Numbered from the stretch's first letter, positions 1-10,665 are shown. The stretch: DNA of 64,000 nucleotides from an uncultured Gemmatimonadales bacterium (GCA_963821525.1 CAWGED010000008.1:96001-160000), one strand, 5' to 3'. The notes: generated by a model from the letters alone, not told the origin. Numbers and translations are program-made.

Positions 1-28
1 AATCGGAATTCAGCGGCATGAACGACCA

Positions 29-2755
29 GTGAAGGCCGATGCGCTTCATCGCGCGTTGATCGAGCACGCGCCGAGTCTGTTTGCTCTCCTCGATACCGAG
101 CTGGTAGTCCGCTACGTCAACCCGGCGCTCAGCCGGCTGCTGGGATACGAACCCAGTCACGTGGCCGGCAAGGGCATCGATCGCCTGCTTCATCCCGAAG
201 ACAAGGCCACCTTCCACGATCGGATATCGCTGGCGCTGGCAGAGGCCAAACCGGCGGGGATTTGCCGCCTGCGGGTAAAAGACAGGCAGGGAGCCTGGCT
301 CGAGATGGAGGGTGCCATCGTCACGTTGAAGGGCGGCCCGGCAACCGGTTCATTGCTTCTCGAGTTGCACGATGCCTCAGAGCGACGGCGGATTCAACGC
401 GAGCTGCAGGAGAGCGAAGCACGCTTCCGCCTCATGGCGGACCATGCCCCGGTCATGATCTGGCTCGACGGGCCAGATATGAATCTGATGTTTGAGAACC
501 GGACCTCGCTGGACTTCCTGGGAAGAACTCTGGAGGAAGAGAAGGGGCTGGGCTGGCTCGATAGCCTGCATCCGGATGACCGGGCGAGCATGCTCGCGGG
601 CTATCGATCTGCCGCGGAGGCTCATCAGCCTTATTCGGTCGAGTACCGGGTGAGACGGCATGACGGCGCGTGGCGCCGGGTCCTCGACAAGGGTGTGCCC
701 CGCTGGCTGGAAGACGGCAGCTTCGCCGGCTATGTCGGCTGTCACATCGACGTGACGGAAATTCGGGAGACGACAGAACAGCTGCGCGCTTCGGAGGAGC
801 TCTACCGCGCGTTGGTCGCCGCGCTTCAAGAAGGCATCGTGATGCACCAGGCCGATGGCACCATTGTGGCCTGTAATGCTAGCGCCGAGCGGATTCTGGG
901 GGTGGCACCGGGTGAGCTGATCGGCCGGCGCTCCCTCAGCCCGAAAGGGGACGCGCTGGATCAAGACGGCAAGGTAATCCCGGAGGAAGAACAGCCCGCC
1001 GCCGTTGCGCTCCGCACCGGGCGGACGTTGTCCGACGTGGTGATGGCGGTGTACAAGAGCGAGCACGAGATCTGCTGGGTCAGTATCGGCAGCCAGCCTC
1101 TCATCAACCTGGGAGAGGACCGGCCCTACGCCGCGGTGACCTCTTTCACTGACATCACCGACCGGCTCGCAGCCGAATGCGAGCTGCGACAGAGTGAGGA
1201 GCGATACCGGGCGTTCGTGGAACATGCCACTGAAGGAGTCTGGCGCGCGGAATACACCGAACCGATTCCCCTGGGCCTCCCTGTGGAGACGACTGTGCGC
1301 CTGCTGATGGAGCGGGCGTATGTAGCGGAGTGCAATGGCGCGTTCGCGCGCATGTACGGATACGAGCGGCCCGATGAGATGATCGGCATCCGGGTGACGG
1401 AAGTGCTGCCCCCCGATGATCCTCGCACCATCGAATATCTGACCGCATGCGTTGAGAGCGGATTTCGGGCGATGGAAATGGAGTCGGCCGAGAGAGACCG
1501 CGAGGGCCGCACCAGATATTTCACGAACAACTGGGTCGGCATCATTGAGGATGGAAAGCTGGTGCGGGCCTGGGGCACTCAGCGGGATATCACCGACCGC
1601 AAGGTGCTCGAGGAGCAGTTTCGCCAGGCACGCAAAATGGAAACTGCCGGCCGTCTCGCCGGCGGGATCGCCCATGACTTCAACAACCTGCTGACCGCAA
1701 TCCTCGGCATGAGCGATCTGCTCCTGGGCGACCTGGCGCAGGGAGACCCACACCGGTCAGATGTCGAGGAGATCAAGCGCGCAGCGACCCGCGCAGCCTC
1801 GCTCACTCGACAACTTCTCGCCTTCAGCCGGCGGCAGGTGCTGCAGCCCAAGATCCTCGACCTCAACGGGGTGGTCCGCGCAACCGAGACCATGTTGCGC
1901 CGGGTTATCGGCGAGGACATCAACCTGATCACCGATCTGGCCAAGGACCTTGGCTTGGTCAAGGCCGACCCCGGCCAGCTGGATCAGGTAATCCTTAACC
2001 TCGCGGTCAATTCACGGGACGCCATGCCGCGGGGCGGAAATCTTGCCATTGCGACCCGGAATGCGCGGATCGAGGCCAGCACGGTCGGAGTGGAGTCAAT
2101 CATGCCACCCGGCCGGTACATCGTTCTCTCGGTGAGCGATACCGGCACCGGGATGTCACCCGAGATCCAGCGCCACCTGTTCGAGCCGTTCTATACCACG
2201 AAAGAGCCGGGCAAGGGCACCGGCCTGGGCCTGGCGACGGTCTATGGCATCGTGAAGCAAAGCGGCGGTTACATCTTCGCGGACACCGAACCAGACCGCG
2301 GGAGCACATTCCGGATTTACCTGCCCCGCGCGCAGGGAAAGCCGGAAGAACCGGATACCCTCCAGACTCACGTTTCGGACCGGGTCGCCGCGGGAACTAT
2401 TCTGCTGGTGGAAGACGAAGAGGCCGTGCGCAAGCTGGCCCGGCGCGTACTCGAGGGTAGCGGTTACAAGGTCCTGGAAGCGCGAGACGGGAAAGCGGCG
2501 TTGAACGCGGTTGCCGCGCACCCGGGACCCCTCGACCTGGTGCTCACCGACGTGGTGATGCCGGGGATGAGCGGTCAGGAGCTTTCAGCGCGTCTGGTAG
2601 CCCAGCAGCCGGGACTCAACGTGCTTTACGTCTCCGGCTATACCGATGACGCCATTCTCCAGCACGGCAGGCTGCTTCCCAATACCGCGTTTCTCCAGAA
2701 GCCGTTTTCCCCTGCCACGCTGGTCAGCAAGGTACAGGAGGTCCTGGGCCGCTGA
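29..2755 (+). CDS. Multi-PAS hybrid sensor histidine kinase/response regulator (CckA-like)
   Basis: Four PAS/PAC-like repeats, H-box AGGIAHDFNNLL, G-box GKGTGLGL, C-terminal receiver (ILLVEDE...LVLTDVVMP...KPF). Confidence 0.95.
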   Translation: MKADALHRALIEHAPSLFALLDTELVVRYVNPALSRLLGYEPSHVAGKGIDRLLHPEDKATFHDRISLALAEAKPAGICRLRVKDRQGAWLEMEGAIVTLKGGPATGSLLLELHDASERRRIQRELQESEARFRLMADHAPVMIWLDGPDMNLMFENRTSLDFLGRTLEEEKGLGWLDSLHPDDRASMLAGYRSAAEAHQPYSVEYRVRRHDGAWRRVLDKGVPRWLEDGSFAGYVGCHIDVTEIRETTEQLRASEELYRALVAALQEGIVMHQADGTIVACNASAERILGVAPGELIGRRSLSPKGDALDQDGKVIPEEEQPAAVALRTGRTLSDVVMAVYKSEHEICWVSIGSQPLINLGEDRPYAAVTSFTDITDRLAAECELRQSEERYRAFVEHATEGVWRAEYTEPIPLGLPVETTVRLLMERAYVAECNGAFARMYGYERPDEMIGIRVTEVLPPDDPRTIEYLTACVESGFRAMEMESAERDREGRTRYFTNNWVGIIEDGKLVRAWGTQRDITDRKVLEEQFRQARKMETAGRLAGGIAHDFNNLLTAILGMSDLLLGDLAQGDPHRSDVEEIKRAATRAASLTRQLLAFSRRQVLQPKILDLNGVVRATETMLRRVIGEDINLITDLAKDLGLVKADPGQLDQVILNLAVNSRDAMPRGGNLAIATRNARIEASTVGVESIMPPGRYIVLSVSDTGTGMSPEIQRHLFEPFYTTKEPGKGTGLGLATVYGIVKQSGGYIFADTEPDRGSTFRIYLPRAQGKPEEPDTLQTHVSDRVAAGTILLVEDEEAVRKLARRVLEGSGYKVLEARDGKAALNAVAAHPGPLDLVLTDVVMPGMSGQELSARLVAQQPGLNVLYVSGYTDDAILQHGRLLPNTAFLQKPFSPATLVSKVQEVLGR

Positions 2756-3253
2756 TCCTGGGCGACGGAACCAGACTCGCTGAGTCTCTCCGTCGTCCTC
2801 GTCGTCGTTCGATCCGAAGTATCCGTCCGCCTCGTCCACCAGCTCATCGTCGGTAAGTACCCCGGTCAGGATTTCCTCGGGATACCCGGGGTCAACCAGC
2901 ACGTATCCAAACGGATAGTCGAGCCCCGAAACCATGATGGTACGGCGAGGGGCGCCCTCGGCTTCCACCACGATGGTGTCGGCATTGGTCGTGACAACGG
3001 GAATGCCCTGATCCTGGAACCAGGGAGCAGCGGCAGAAGTGTAGTAACGGAAATCGTCCAGCATATCGGCCCCGTCGGCCGACCCCAGGGTGTCCGACGC
3101 CGGGAGCCAGAAGACCACGAGAGTCGCCTTTCGAACCACGACGGGAGAGCGATGCTCGCTCCCGAGCCCGCGGAGACCTACGCCCTCACGGTGCTCGCCC
3201 CTCCCGCAGGCAGCCAGAATCAGGGCCAGCAAGCCGTTCCAGTGCAATCGCAT
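2585..3253 (-). CDS. Hypothetical lipoprotein; the true 3' end is probably near 2760-2780
   Basis: Lipobox LILAAC after a hydrophobic stretch and an acidic C-terminal region. The 170-nt overlap with the kinase suggests a stop lost to a sequencing error. Confidence 0.65.
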   Translation of the reverse strand: MRLHWNGLLALILAACGRGEHREGVGLRGLGSEHRSPVVVRKATLVVFWLPASDTLGSADGADMLDDFRYYTSAAAPWFQDQGIPVVTTNADTIVVEAEGAPRRTIMVSGLDYPFGYVLVDPGYPEEILTGVLTDDELVDEADGYFGSNDDEDDGETQRVWFRRPGSAAQDLLYLADQRGRGKRLLEKRGIGKQPAVLENGVIGIAGDVKHVESRLLGYQTR

Positions 3254-3313
3254 GCGCCAATAATGGACCCACCCGGGTTTCCGGGGGAGGTGCGCCTTGT
3301 GCCGAACCGGATC

Positions 3314-3355
3314 TTGACTGATACGACCGTATGAATTAGATCATACGCCCGTATG
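3314..3355 (+). promoter_or_regulatory. TetR autoregulatory promoter with two palindromic operators
   Basis: TTGACT (3314) N17 TAGATC. Palindromes ATACGACCGTAT (3321-3332) and CATACGCCCGTATG (3342-3355), 21-22 bp apart; the second overlaps the ATG. Confidence 0.7.
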
Positions 3356-3967
3356 AATAGCGACTCGACTCCGAAACGCCTCCTCACCGCCGCCCGCCGG
3401 GTCTTTGCCGAGCGGGGGTACGAGGGCGGCTCGGTCCGGCTGATTACCGCGCGGGCCAAGGCCAACCTTGGCGCCGTCACCTACCACTTCGGTTCAAAGG
3501 AACGGCTGTACTACGCCGTCCTGAGCGAGTTCACGGTCCCCCTCGGACAAACAGTTGTCGAGCGAGCGTCCGCTCCCGAACCGGCGACGAAACGAATCGG
3601 GGCGGTGATTGAAGCGTATTACGACCAGTTCGCCCGGTTCCCCGACTTCCCTGCGCTGGTGATTCACGAGCTTGCCTTGGGGCGGAAGCTACCTCCACCG
3701 ATCAAGGACACCCTCGACCGGGTTCAACCGGCGCTTTTCAAGCTGATTCAGGATGGACAGGCCGAAGGCAGCGTTCGCGCCGGGCCGCCGGTCCCAATCA
3801 TCATGAGCATACTTTCACAGCCGTTTTACTTCGCCATGGTCCGCCGTCTGGTAGGCCAGGTCGTAGGGCCCGAATTCGAGCAGCCAGAGTTTCGGGCCAT
3901 GCTGATTCAGCACGCCATCGAGTTCGTGCGGCGGGGACTGGCACCCGAAGCGATGGAGGTAGCATGA
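3353..3967 (+). CDS. TetR/AcrR family transcriptional regulator
   Basis: N-terminal HTH (LLTAARRVFAERGY...ANLGAVTYHFGSKE); heads the efflux operon. Confidence 0.93.
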   Translation: MNSDSTPKRLLTAARRVFAERGYEGGSVRLITARAKANLGAVTYHFGSKERLYYAVLSEFTVPLGQTVVERASAPEPATKRIGAVIEAYYDQFARFPDFPALVIHELALGRKLPPPIKDTLDRVQPALFKLIQDGQAEGSVRAGPPVPIIMSILSQPFYFAMVRRLVGQVVGPEFEQPEFRAMLIQHAIEFVRRGLAPEAMEVA

Positions 3968-4944
3968 AGCGCAAGGTCATCCCTGCAGTGATTCTTGTGA
4001 TCGTGGCGACCGCCGCGTATTGGTACTACTCGCGGGCGCATCACCAGGCCGAGGGAGGTATCGAAGCTTCCGGAACTGTGGAAGCAACCGAGGCGGTTCT
4101 CGGGTTTGCAACTGGAGGTCGCATCACCGAAGTGCTGGTCCGGGAGGGCGATCGCGTCACTGCCGGCCAGGTACTCGCGCGTCTCGACACCCTCGTAACC
4201 ACGGCGCACCTCCTCCAGGCCCGGGCCCAGGTCGATGCCGCGAAGGCCTCGCTGCTGGAAATGGAGCGAGGAACCCGGATCGAAGAGCTCGAGCAAGCCC
4301 GCGCGGAGCTGGAGAGTGCCGAACACACTCTCACCGATGCCGAGACGGAGCTGCAACGGACCAAGGGGCTGGCCGCGAGCAAAGTGGTGTCCCAACAGCA
4401 GCTGGACCGGGCGCAGGTGACCTACGACGTGTCCAAGGCCCGCCGGGATCAGGCGAGTGCTCAGCTCCGGATGCTGGAGGCAGGCCCCCGCGTCGAAAAG
4501 ATTGCGGGGCAGAGAGCGCAGGTCGCGATGGCCGAGGCCCAGGTGAAGTCTCTCGAGGCAACGCTAAGCGACGAGATTATCAAGGCACCATTCGACGCGA
4601 TCGTCACTACGAGGCACCATGAGCCTGGAGAGGCTGTGTCGGCCAACGCACCGGTCCTCTCGCTCATGAATCCGGGGGATCGCTGGGTCCGCATCTACAT
4701 CCCTGAGCCCAAGATCGGCGCCGTGCGGTTGAGTTCTCCCGCCACGATCCGGACCGATACCTATCCGGACAAGCGTTACAAGGGTGAGATCTACTGGGTG
4801 GCAGACGAGGCCGAGTTCACTCCGCGGAATGTTCAGACCACCGAGGAGCGGGTGAAGCTGGTCTATGCTGCGAAGGTTCGGGTCCTGGCCGACTCGGCGC
4901 TCGAGCTCAAGCCGGGTATGCCTGCCGACGTCTACCTGCAATAA
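3964..4944 (+). CDS. HlyD family efflux periplasmic adaptor (YbhG-like)
   Basis: N-terminal TM, lipoyl-like GGRITEVLVREGD, coiled coil, AEFTP..VQT, LKPGMPADV. Confidence 0.93.
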   Translation: MKRKVIPAVILVIVATAAYWYYSRAHHQAEGGIEASGTVEATEAVLGFATGGRITEVLVREGDRVTAGQVLARLDTLVTTAHLLQARAQVDAAKASLLEMERGTRIEELEQARAELESAEHTLTDAETELQRTKGLAASKVVSQQQLDRAQVTYDVSKARRDQASAQLRMLEAGPRVEKIAGQRAQVAMAEAQVKSLEATLSDEIIKAPFDAIVTTRHHEPGEAVSANAPVLSLMNPGDRWVRIYIPEPKIGAVRLSSPATIRTDTYPDKRYKGEIYWVADEAEFTPRNVQTTEERVKLVYAAKVRVLADSALELKPGMPADVYLQ

Positions 4945-4960
4945 CGCGAAGGAGTCTCCG

Positions 4961-5884
4961 GTGGGCACGCTGGTTGAGGCCATCGGCCTGAGCCGTCGCT
5001 TCGGCGCCACCGAAGCGGTGCGGGAATTGAGCTTTTCGGTCGAGGCCGGCGCCCTGTTCGGGATCGTGGGGCCCGACGGTGCGGGCAAGACTACGACGCT
5101 GCGTATGCTGGCCGGGGTCCTTCGGCCCAGCGGAGGCGACGCGGTGGTGGACGGCGTGAGTGTGGTGAAGGATCCGGAAGAGATCAAGCACCATACCGCC
5201 TACATGCCGCAGCGCTTCGGTCTCTACACTGATCTCACGATCCAGGAAAACATCGCATTCTACGCGGATCTCTATCGAGTTCCGCAAGCTGACCGTCCCG
5301 CTCGACTCGAGCGGCTCTATCAGTTCTCCCGCCTGGGTCAGTTCAAGACCCGACTGGCTGGCCAGCTGTCGGGTGGCATGAAACAAAAGCTTGGCCTCTG
5401 CTGCGCGCTGATCCATCAGCCACGGCTGCTGCTTCTCGACGAGCCCACCTTCGGAGTCGACCCCATATCCCGGCGCGATCTCTGGTTGATTCTCCACCAG
5501 ATGGTCGCGGAAGGCGTCACCGCGATTGTCTCCACTGCATACCTGGACGAGGCGGAGCGCTGTGATCAGGTGGTACTGCTCGACGGCGGGAGAGCGATAG
5601 CGCTCGACACGCCTGAGGCGCTTCAGGCCAGCCTGCCGGGGCAGATGCTGGAGGTGCGTTGTCAAAATCCTCGGGAGGCAGCCCGTGTCCTCGCGGGCCA
5701 GCCGATGGTGGCCAGGGTCTCCGCCTTTGGCGACACATTGCACGTCCGAGTCAACTCCTACGAGCGCGACTGGCCACTCCTGGCCGATGCGCTTGCCTCC
5801 GCCGGCGAGCCGGTGCTCGCGGTTCGGCAGATCACGCCCTCGCTCGAAGACGTCTTCATCGAGCGAACCACAGGGACCAGCTGA
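4961..5884 (+). CDS. ABC transporter ATP-binding protein
   Basis: GTG start after AAGGAG; Walker A GPDGAGKT, LSGGMKQK, LLLLDEP. Confidence 0.93.
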   Translation: MGTLVEAIGLSRRFGATEAVRELSFSVEAGALFGIVGPDGAGKTTTLRMLAGVLRPSGGDAVVDGVSVVKDPEEIKHHTAYMPQRFGLYTDLTIQENIAFYADLYRVPQADRPARLERLYQFSRLGQFKTRLAGQLSGGMKQKLGLCCALIHQPRLLLLDEPTFGVDPISRRDLWLILHQMVAEGVTAIVSTAYLDEAERCDQVVLLDGGRAIALDTPEALQASLPGQMLEVRCQNPREAARVLAGQPMVARVSAFGDTLHVRVNSYERDWPLLADALASAGEPVLAVRQITPSLEDVFIERTTGTS

Positions 5885-6822
5885 TGACCGCGGCGATCGA
5901 GGCCATCCAGCTAACGCGCCGCTTCGGAGACTTCACCGCGGTTAACGCCTTGTCGATCTCGGTAGAGACCGGAGAAATCTTCGGCCTCCTGGGGCCCAAC
6001 GGCGCCGGGAAGACCACCGCGATCAAGATGCTCACCGGTCTGATGCAGCCCAGCGAAGGCACGGCACGCATCGCCGGATTCGATGTCGACCGGGAATCCG
6101 AGCAAGTGAAGAGGCGCCTGGGCTACATGTCCCAGCTCTTCTCACTGTATCCCGACCTCACCGTCGATGAGAACATCGTCTTCTTCGCAGGTCTGTATGG
6201 AGTCACCGGTGCGCGGCTGGAGAAACGGCGGGCATGGGTGTTGGAAATGGCCGGACTGGATCGCCAACGGGATACCATGACCAGCGCACTCGCCCTGGGC
6301 TGGAAACAGCGGCTGGCCCTGGGTTGTGCGGTGCTGCACGAGCCTCCAGTGCTGTTTCTCGACGAGCCTACTTCCGGAGTAGACCCGCTCTCTCGCCGCC
6401 GGTTCTGGGATCTGATTCAGTCGCTCGCCGAATCGGGGACCACGGTGCTCGTCAGCACCCACTACCTGGAGGAAGCAGAGTATTGCCACCGCGTGGCGCT
6501 GATGAACCGGGGTCGTCTGGTTGCCCTGGACCGTCCCGCCCAACTGCGCGGCGAGGCCACGGACCCTCTGTTCGAACTGGAGACTCCCGATCCGCTTCGG
6601 GCGGTCGAGGTGCTGACCGGAGACCCAGGGGTGGTGGATGCCGTGCTGTTCGGCCGAAACGTCCACCTCACTCTTCACGAGGCGAAAGACGCAGACCGGC
6701 GCATTCGGGAGCTTCTTGGCACGAGAGGAGTAGCGGTGACATCTCTGGAGCCGGTCGCACCGTCTCTGGAAGATGCGGTCGTTAGTCTGATCCGTCGTAC
6801 CGGGGGTGCGGCTGATGACTGA
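5884..6822 (+). CDS. ABC transporter ATP-binding protein
   Basis: GPNGAGKT, VLFLDEPT; TGATG start-stop overlap. Confidence 0.93.
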   Translation: MTAAIEAIQLTRRFGDFTAVNALSISVETGEIFGLLGPNGAGKTTAIKMLTGLMQPSEGTARIAGFDVDRESEQVKRRLGYMSQLFSLYPDLTVDENIVFFAGLYGVTGARLEKRRAWVLEMAGLDRQRDTMTSALALGWKQRLALGCAVLHEPPVLFLDEPTSGVDPLSRRRFWDLIQSLAESGTTVLVSTHYLEEAEYCHRVALMNRGRLVALDRPAQLRGEATDPLFELETPDPLRAVEVLTGDPGVVDAVLFGRNVHLTLHEAKDADRRIRELLGTRGVAVTSLEPVAPSLEDAVVSLIRRTGGAADD

Positions 6823-7930
6823 GCGGATCTTCGCCGTCGCGCGGAAAGAGGTGATTCAGCTTCGGCGCGATCCACGGAGCCTTACACTGGCATTCGGACT
6901 CCCGGTGCTCCTGGTGTTGCTCTTCGGCTATGCCGTGAGCTTCGACGTCAAAGACGTCAGGCTCGCGATTCTGGACGAGGACAAGACCAGTACCAGCCGG
7001 GAGCTGATCGACGCCTTCAGGGAAACCAAGGTCTTCCGCGATCTCGGCGCGATTTCCCGTAGAGCGGATGCAGACCGCCTGCTGACTCAGGGGAAGGCAC
7101 AGATCGTAATCATCATCTCCAAAGGCTTCGCGGCCGATGCGGCCGGGCATCGGGGAGGTCGGATCCAGGCGCTGGTAGACGGTGCCGATGCCAACACCGC
7201 ATCCATCTCGGTTTCCTACGCGGAGGCGACGGTTGCGGCCTGGGGTCAGCGGCAAGCAGCCAAGGTAGCGCCGGTCCAGGGTGGAGTCCGGCCGGAGATC
7301 CGCGCCTGGTACAACGAGACCCTCGACAGCCGGCTCGCGATCGTTCCGGGATTGATCGCAGTGATCATGATGGTCATCGCGGCCATGCTCACCTCGCTTA
7401 CCATCGCGAGAGAATGGGAGCGGGGTACGATGGAGCAGCTGGCCTCGACACCAGTTGACCCGCTCGAGGTGATCGGCGGCAAGCTGCTTCCTTACCTCGC
7501 CATCGGTCTCATCGACATGGGAGTGACTGTTCTCCTCGGCATCTTCGTGTTCCAGGTGCCGTTCCACGGAAGCCTTCTCCTTCTCTTCGTGACCTCGCTG
7601 CTCTTCCTCCTGGGAGGACTGGGCCTGGGCATCTTCGTCAGCACCGTGGTCAAGTCGCAGCTGGTGGCGACCCAGATGAGCATGCTCATCACCTTCCTCC
7701 CCGGGTTCCTGCTCTCGGGGTTCGCGTTCGACATCGACAACATGCCGGTGGTCCTTCAGGGGGTGAGCCTGCTGGTTCCGGCTCGCTACTTCATCGTGGT
7801 GACGAGAGGAATCTTCCTCAAGGGAGTGGGCCTCGAGGTCCTGTGGCCGCCGATTCTGGCACTCACCCTCTTCGCGCTTGGGGGTCTCACCCTCGCGGTG
7901 CGGGCTTTCCACAAGGAGCTGGAGCCGTGA
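6815..7930 (+). CDS. ABC-2 type permease (YbhS-like)
   Basis: ARKE..QLRRD, AREWERGTMEQL, multiple TMs. Confidence 0.93.
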   Translation: MTERIFAVARKEVIQLRRDPRSLTLAFGLPVLLVLLFGYAVSFDVKDVRLAILDEDKTSTSRELIDAFRETKVFRDLGAISRRADADRLLTQGKAQIVIIISKGFAADAAGHRGGRIQALVDGADANTASISVSYAEATVAAWGQRQAAKVAPVQGGVRPEIRAWYNETLDSRLAIVPGLIAVIMMVIAAMLTSLTIAREWERGTMEQLASTPVDPLEVIGGKLLPYLAIGLIDMGVTVLLGIFVFQVPFHGSLLLLFVTSLLFLLGGLGLGIFVSTVVKSQLVATQMSMLITFLPGFLLSGFAFDIDNMPVVLQGVSLLVPARYFIVVTRGIFLKGVGLEVLWPPILALTLFALGGLTLAVRAFHKELEP

Positions 7931-9033
7931 GCCCTGGACGCCTGCGCGAGCTGGTTCGCAAGGAGATGAAGCAGATGCTGCGGGACCCGAAGATGAAGCG
8001 GATCATCTTCGTGGCCCCGGTGATCCAGCTCCTGGTATTTGGCTACGCGGTCAACACCGATGTGCGGAACGCGCCGACCATCCTCGTGGATCAGGACAAC
8101 ACTCCGACCTCGCGAGCCCTCGCCGACGCGCTCACTGCTTCGGGGAATTTCGCGATCACTCAGCGCTCGAGCCGTAGCGGGGATATTGACAGGTCGCTGG
8201 ACAACGGGTCGGTCCTGGCCGGAGTGCTGGTCTCTCCCGGCTTCGAGCGCGACCTCCGGGCGGGACGAGATGCAGCCGTTCAGGTGCTGGTTGATGGTAG
8301 CCGGTCCAACTCGGCGAACCTGGTCCGTGGTTACGCCCTGCGGATCATTCAGCGGTTCGGCACCGCGCAGTCCGGGCAGGCTCCGGTCATGATCACCGAC
8401 TTCCGGCCGCAGGTCTGGTACAATCCCGATCTCCAGAGCAAGGTCTACAACGTCCCCGCCGTTGCCGGCGTCATCATCCTGCTCATGTGCCTTCTGCTCA
8501 CCGCGCTCGCGGTGGTGCGAGAACGCGAACTGGGCACTCTTGAGCAGCTCATGGTAAGCCCGATGCAGCCCTCGGAGCTGATCCTGGGGAAGACGATTCC
8601 AGTGGCCATGGTGGGATTGATCGACCTGGTGCTGGTGACGACCGTGGCGCTGCTCTGGTTCAGAATCCCCTTCCGGGGAAGCTTTCTGCTGCTCTTCGCC
8701 GCGAGCCTGCTTTACATCCTGGCCGCGCTGGGAATGGGACTGCTCATTTCCTCGATCTCCCGCACCCAGCAGGAAGCGTTCATGACGATGTTCCTGTTCT
8801 TCTTCCCGGCGATGCTGCTTTCGGGGTTCATGTTTCCCATCTCCAGCATGCCGGCTGCGATCCAGCTTATCACGCTCATCAATCCGATCCGGTATTTCCT
8901 GGAGATTCTGCGCGGCTTGTTCCTCAAAGGCGCCGGCCTCGATGTCCTGTTTCCCAAGCTCGCCGTGTTGGCCGTCATGGCAACCGTGCTGCTCGTGCTG
9001 GCGTCGATAGGACTCCGGAAGAAGATCGGATGA
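7927..9033 (+). CDS. ABC-2 type permease (YbhR-like)
   Basis: VRERELGTLEQL, LSGFMFPI, multiple TMs; GTGA overlap. Confidence 0.93.
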   Translation: MSPGRLRELVRKEMKQMLRDPKMKRIIFVAPVIQLLVFGYAVNTDVRNAPTILVDQDNTPTSRALADALTASGNFAITQRSSRSGDIDRSLDNGSVLAGVLVSPGFERDLRAGRDAAVQVLVDGSRSNSANLVRGYALRIIQRFGTAQSGQAPVMITDFRPQVWYNPDLQSKVYNVPAVAGVIILLMCLLLTALAVVRERELGTLEQLMVSPMQPSELILGKTIPVAMVGLIDLVLVTTVALLWFRIPFRGSFLLLFAASLLYILAALGMGLLISSISRTQQEAFMTMFLFFFPAMLLSGFMFPISSMPAAIQLITLINPIRYFLEILRGLFLKGAGLDVLFPKLAVLAVMATVLLVLASIGLRKKIG

Positions 9034-9043
9034 GGACGAGGTC

Positions 9044-9134
9044 AAAGGACTGAGGACTGAGGACTGAGGGGAGGGCAAAAATTTCGAGGAGTGGAGTAGA
9101 TTCTATCGACTCAGTCCTCAGTCCTCAGTCCTTT
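9044..9134. repeat. Inverted heptamer element (AGGACTG)3 / (CAGTCCT)3
   Basis: Perfect 25-bp inverted repeat at 9044-9068 and 9110-9134 with a 41-nt spacer. Confidence 0.95.
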
Positions 9135-9162
9135 CTACTCTAGACTGACTCGGAGCTCGAGC

Positions 9163-9594
9163 ATGACCACCAGTACTGCCTCCGCCGTCTGGGAAGGCGG
9201 CCTCAAGACCGGCAAGGGAAACTTTAGCGCGGGATCAGGGGCCTTCCAGGGCGCTTATTCCTTTTCCACCCGATTCGAAGGTGCCAAGGGGACCAACCCC
9301 GAGGAGTTGATCGCGGCAGCCCACGCGGCCTGCCTCAGCATGGCGTTGGCTGCCGGATTAGAGAAGGCCGGCACACCCGCCAACAAGATCAACACGACTG
9401 CCTCATGCACCATCGAGGCTGGGGGCGGAGGAATCAAGATCACCCACATGAAGCTGGTGGTGCGCGGCACCGTACCGGGTATCGAGCAGACAGCGTTCAG
9501 CCGCGCCGCCGAGGAGGCCAAGGACGGCTGCCCGGTCTCCGGTGCAATGAAGGGGAACGTCGCCTTCGAGCTGGACGCCATCCTGCTGGAATAG
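9163..9594 (+). CDS. osmC: OsmC family peroxiredoxin
   Basis: AVWEGGLKTGKG, GTNPEELIAAAHAAC, CPVS. Confidence 0.95.
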   Translation: MTTSTASAVWEGGLKTGKGNFSAGSGAFQGAYSFSTRFEGAKGTNPEELIAAAHAACLSMALAAGLEKAGTPANKINTTASCTIEAGGGGIKITHMKLVVRGTVPGIEQTAFSRAAEEAKDGCPVSGAMKGNVAFELDAILLE

Positions 9595-9739
9595 CCTCGC
9601 CCGGCCCGGGCTCAGCGGGCCGGCATCATCACTTCCATAGTTCATCCCCGCCCGGGTGAGAATCCCTCCCACCCGGGCGCGTCAGAAGAGAGAGGGGCCA
9701 GCTTGGCCCTCTCCCATTCTCTTTTGACACGAGGCTAAC

Positions 9740-10619
9740 GTGCCGCTCTCCAACTTGGATTCTGTCATGGGTTTACTGGCCCTGGCCGCCGCGATGGCCC
9801 AGCCGGCGAGCGCTCAGATTTCGGCTGGACCGGCCGGCTCCGGGCGGGGAAACCCCCTCAGGGTGGAACATCAGCTACAAGGTTCCTCCGCAATGGCAGG
9901 TAGCCAAGAGGCTGGGCCGGCTCGAAATGCTGACCTCGAACACGGCGGCCGGTGCGATCTTCGTGGCGCCCGGACTCTACCGGTCCTTCGATGAAGCGGT
10001 TGCTGACCTCTCGGCCTTCTACCAGTCGATGAACCTCCAGGCATACCCGGCGGAACAGCCCACCCAGAGCACGATAGCTGGTATGCAGGCGATGACCGCC
10101 ACTTATGCCTCCCAGGATCAGTCAGGCCACACCGTCCAGGGACGGTTCATCGCTCTACTCACGCCGCACGGGACCGGCTTCAACATGCTTGCGATGACGA
10201 CACCAGAGCAGATGTCTGGGCTACGCGCCGTGCTCGAACAGGTGGCGGCGAGTGTCAAGGCAGGTCCACCCGACGTCAATCAGCAGTCGATGGCCGCGTT
10301 GGCGGGAACCTGGATCCTCTACGCGGGAAACTACGAAGGTGGAACCAAGGTCGGCGGCACTACCTCGCACAGTCATGAGGAGACGGTGGTCTTCGACGGA
10401 CGGGGCAGCTTCCAGTACCAATCCACGTCGACCGTAATGGTTGTGACCCCCGGTTACACCGGTGGCGGTGACGGGGCCAGCCAGACCAGCGATGCGGGCA
10501 GCTATACCATCATCGGGAATACGCTGGTCTTCAAGAGCTCGAAGGGCCAGATCGCCGTGGACTTTCAGCTCCAGGGCGGACAATTGGTGGCGGGAGGCAA
10601 GACATACCTGCGCCAATGA
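9740..10619 (+). CDS. Secreted hypothetical protein (frameshifted near 9820-9930)
   Basis: Signal peptide (LLALAAAMAQPASAQ) in one frame, beta-rich body in ORF 9927..10619. Confidence 0.6.
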
Positions 10620-10665
10620 CCTGGGAGAATACCCGAACGTCGAGCAGTAGCTGACGGGGGACGCC

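Noticed and set aside
377..1753. Long antisense or alternate-frame ORFs (also 6782..7912, 7786..9078, 17754..19397, 21898..23130, 62019..63185)
   Set aside because: Shadows of well-supported genes in high-GC DNA, with no recognisable motifs.
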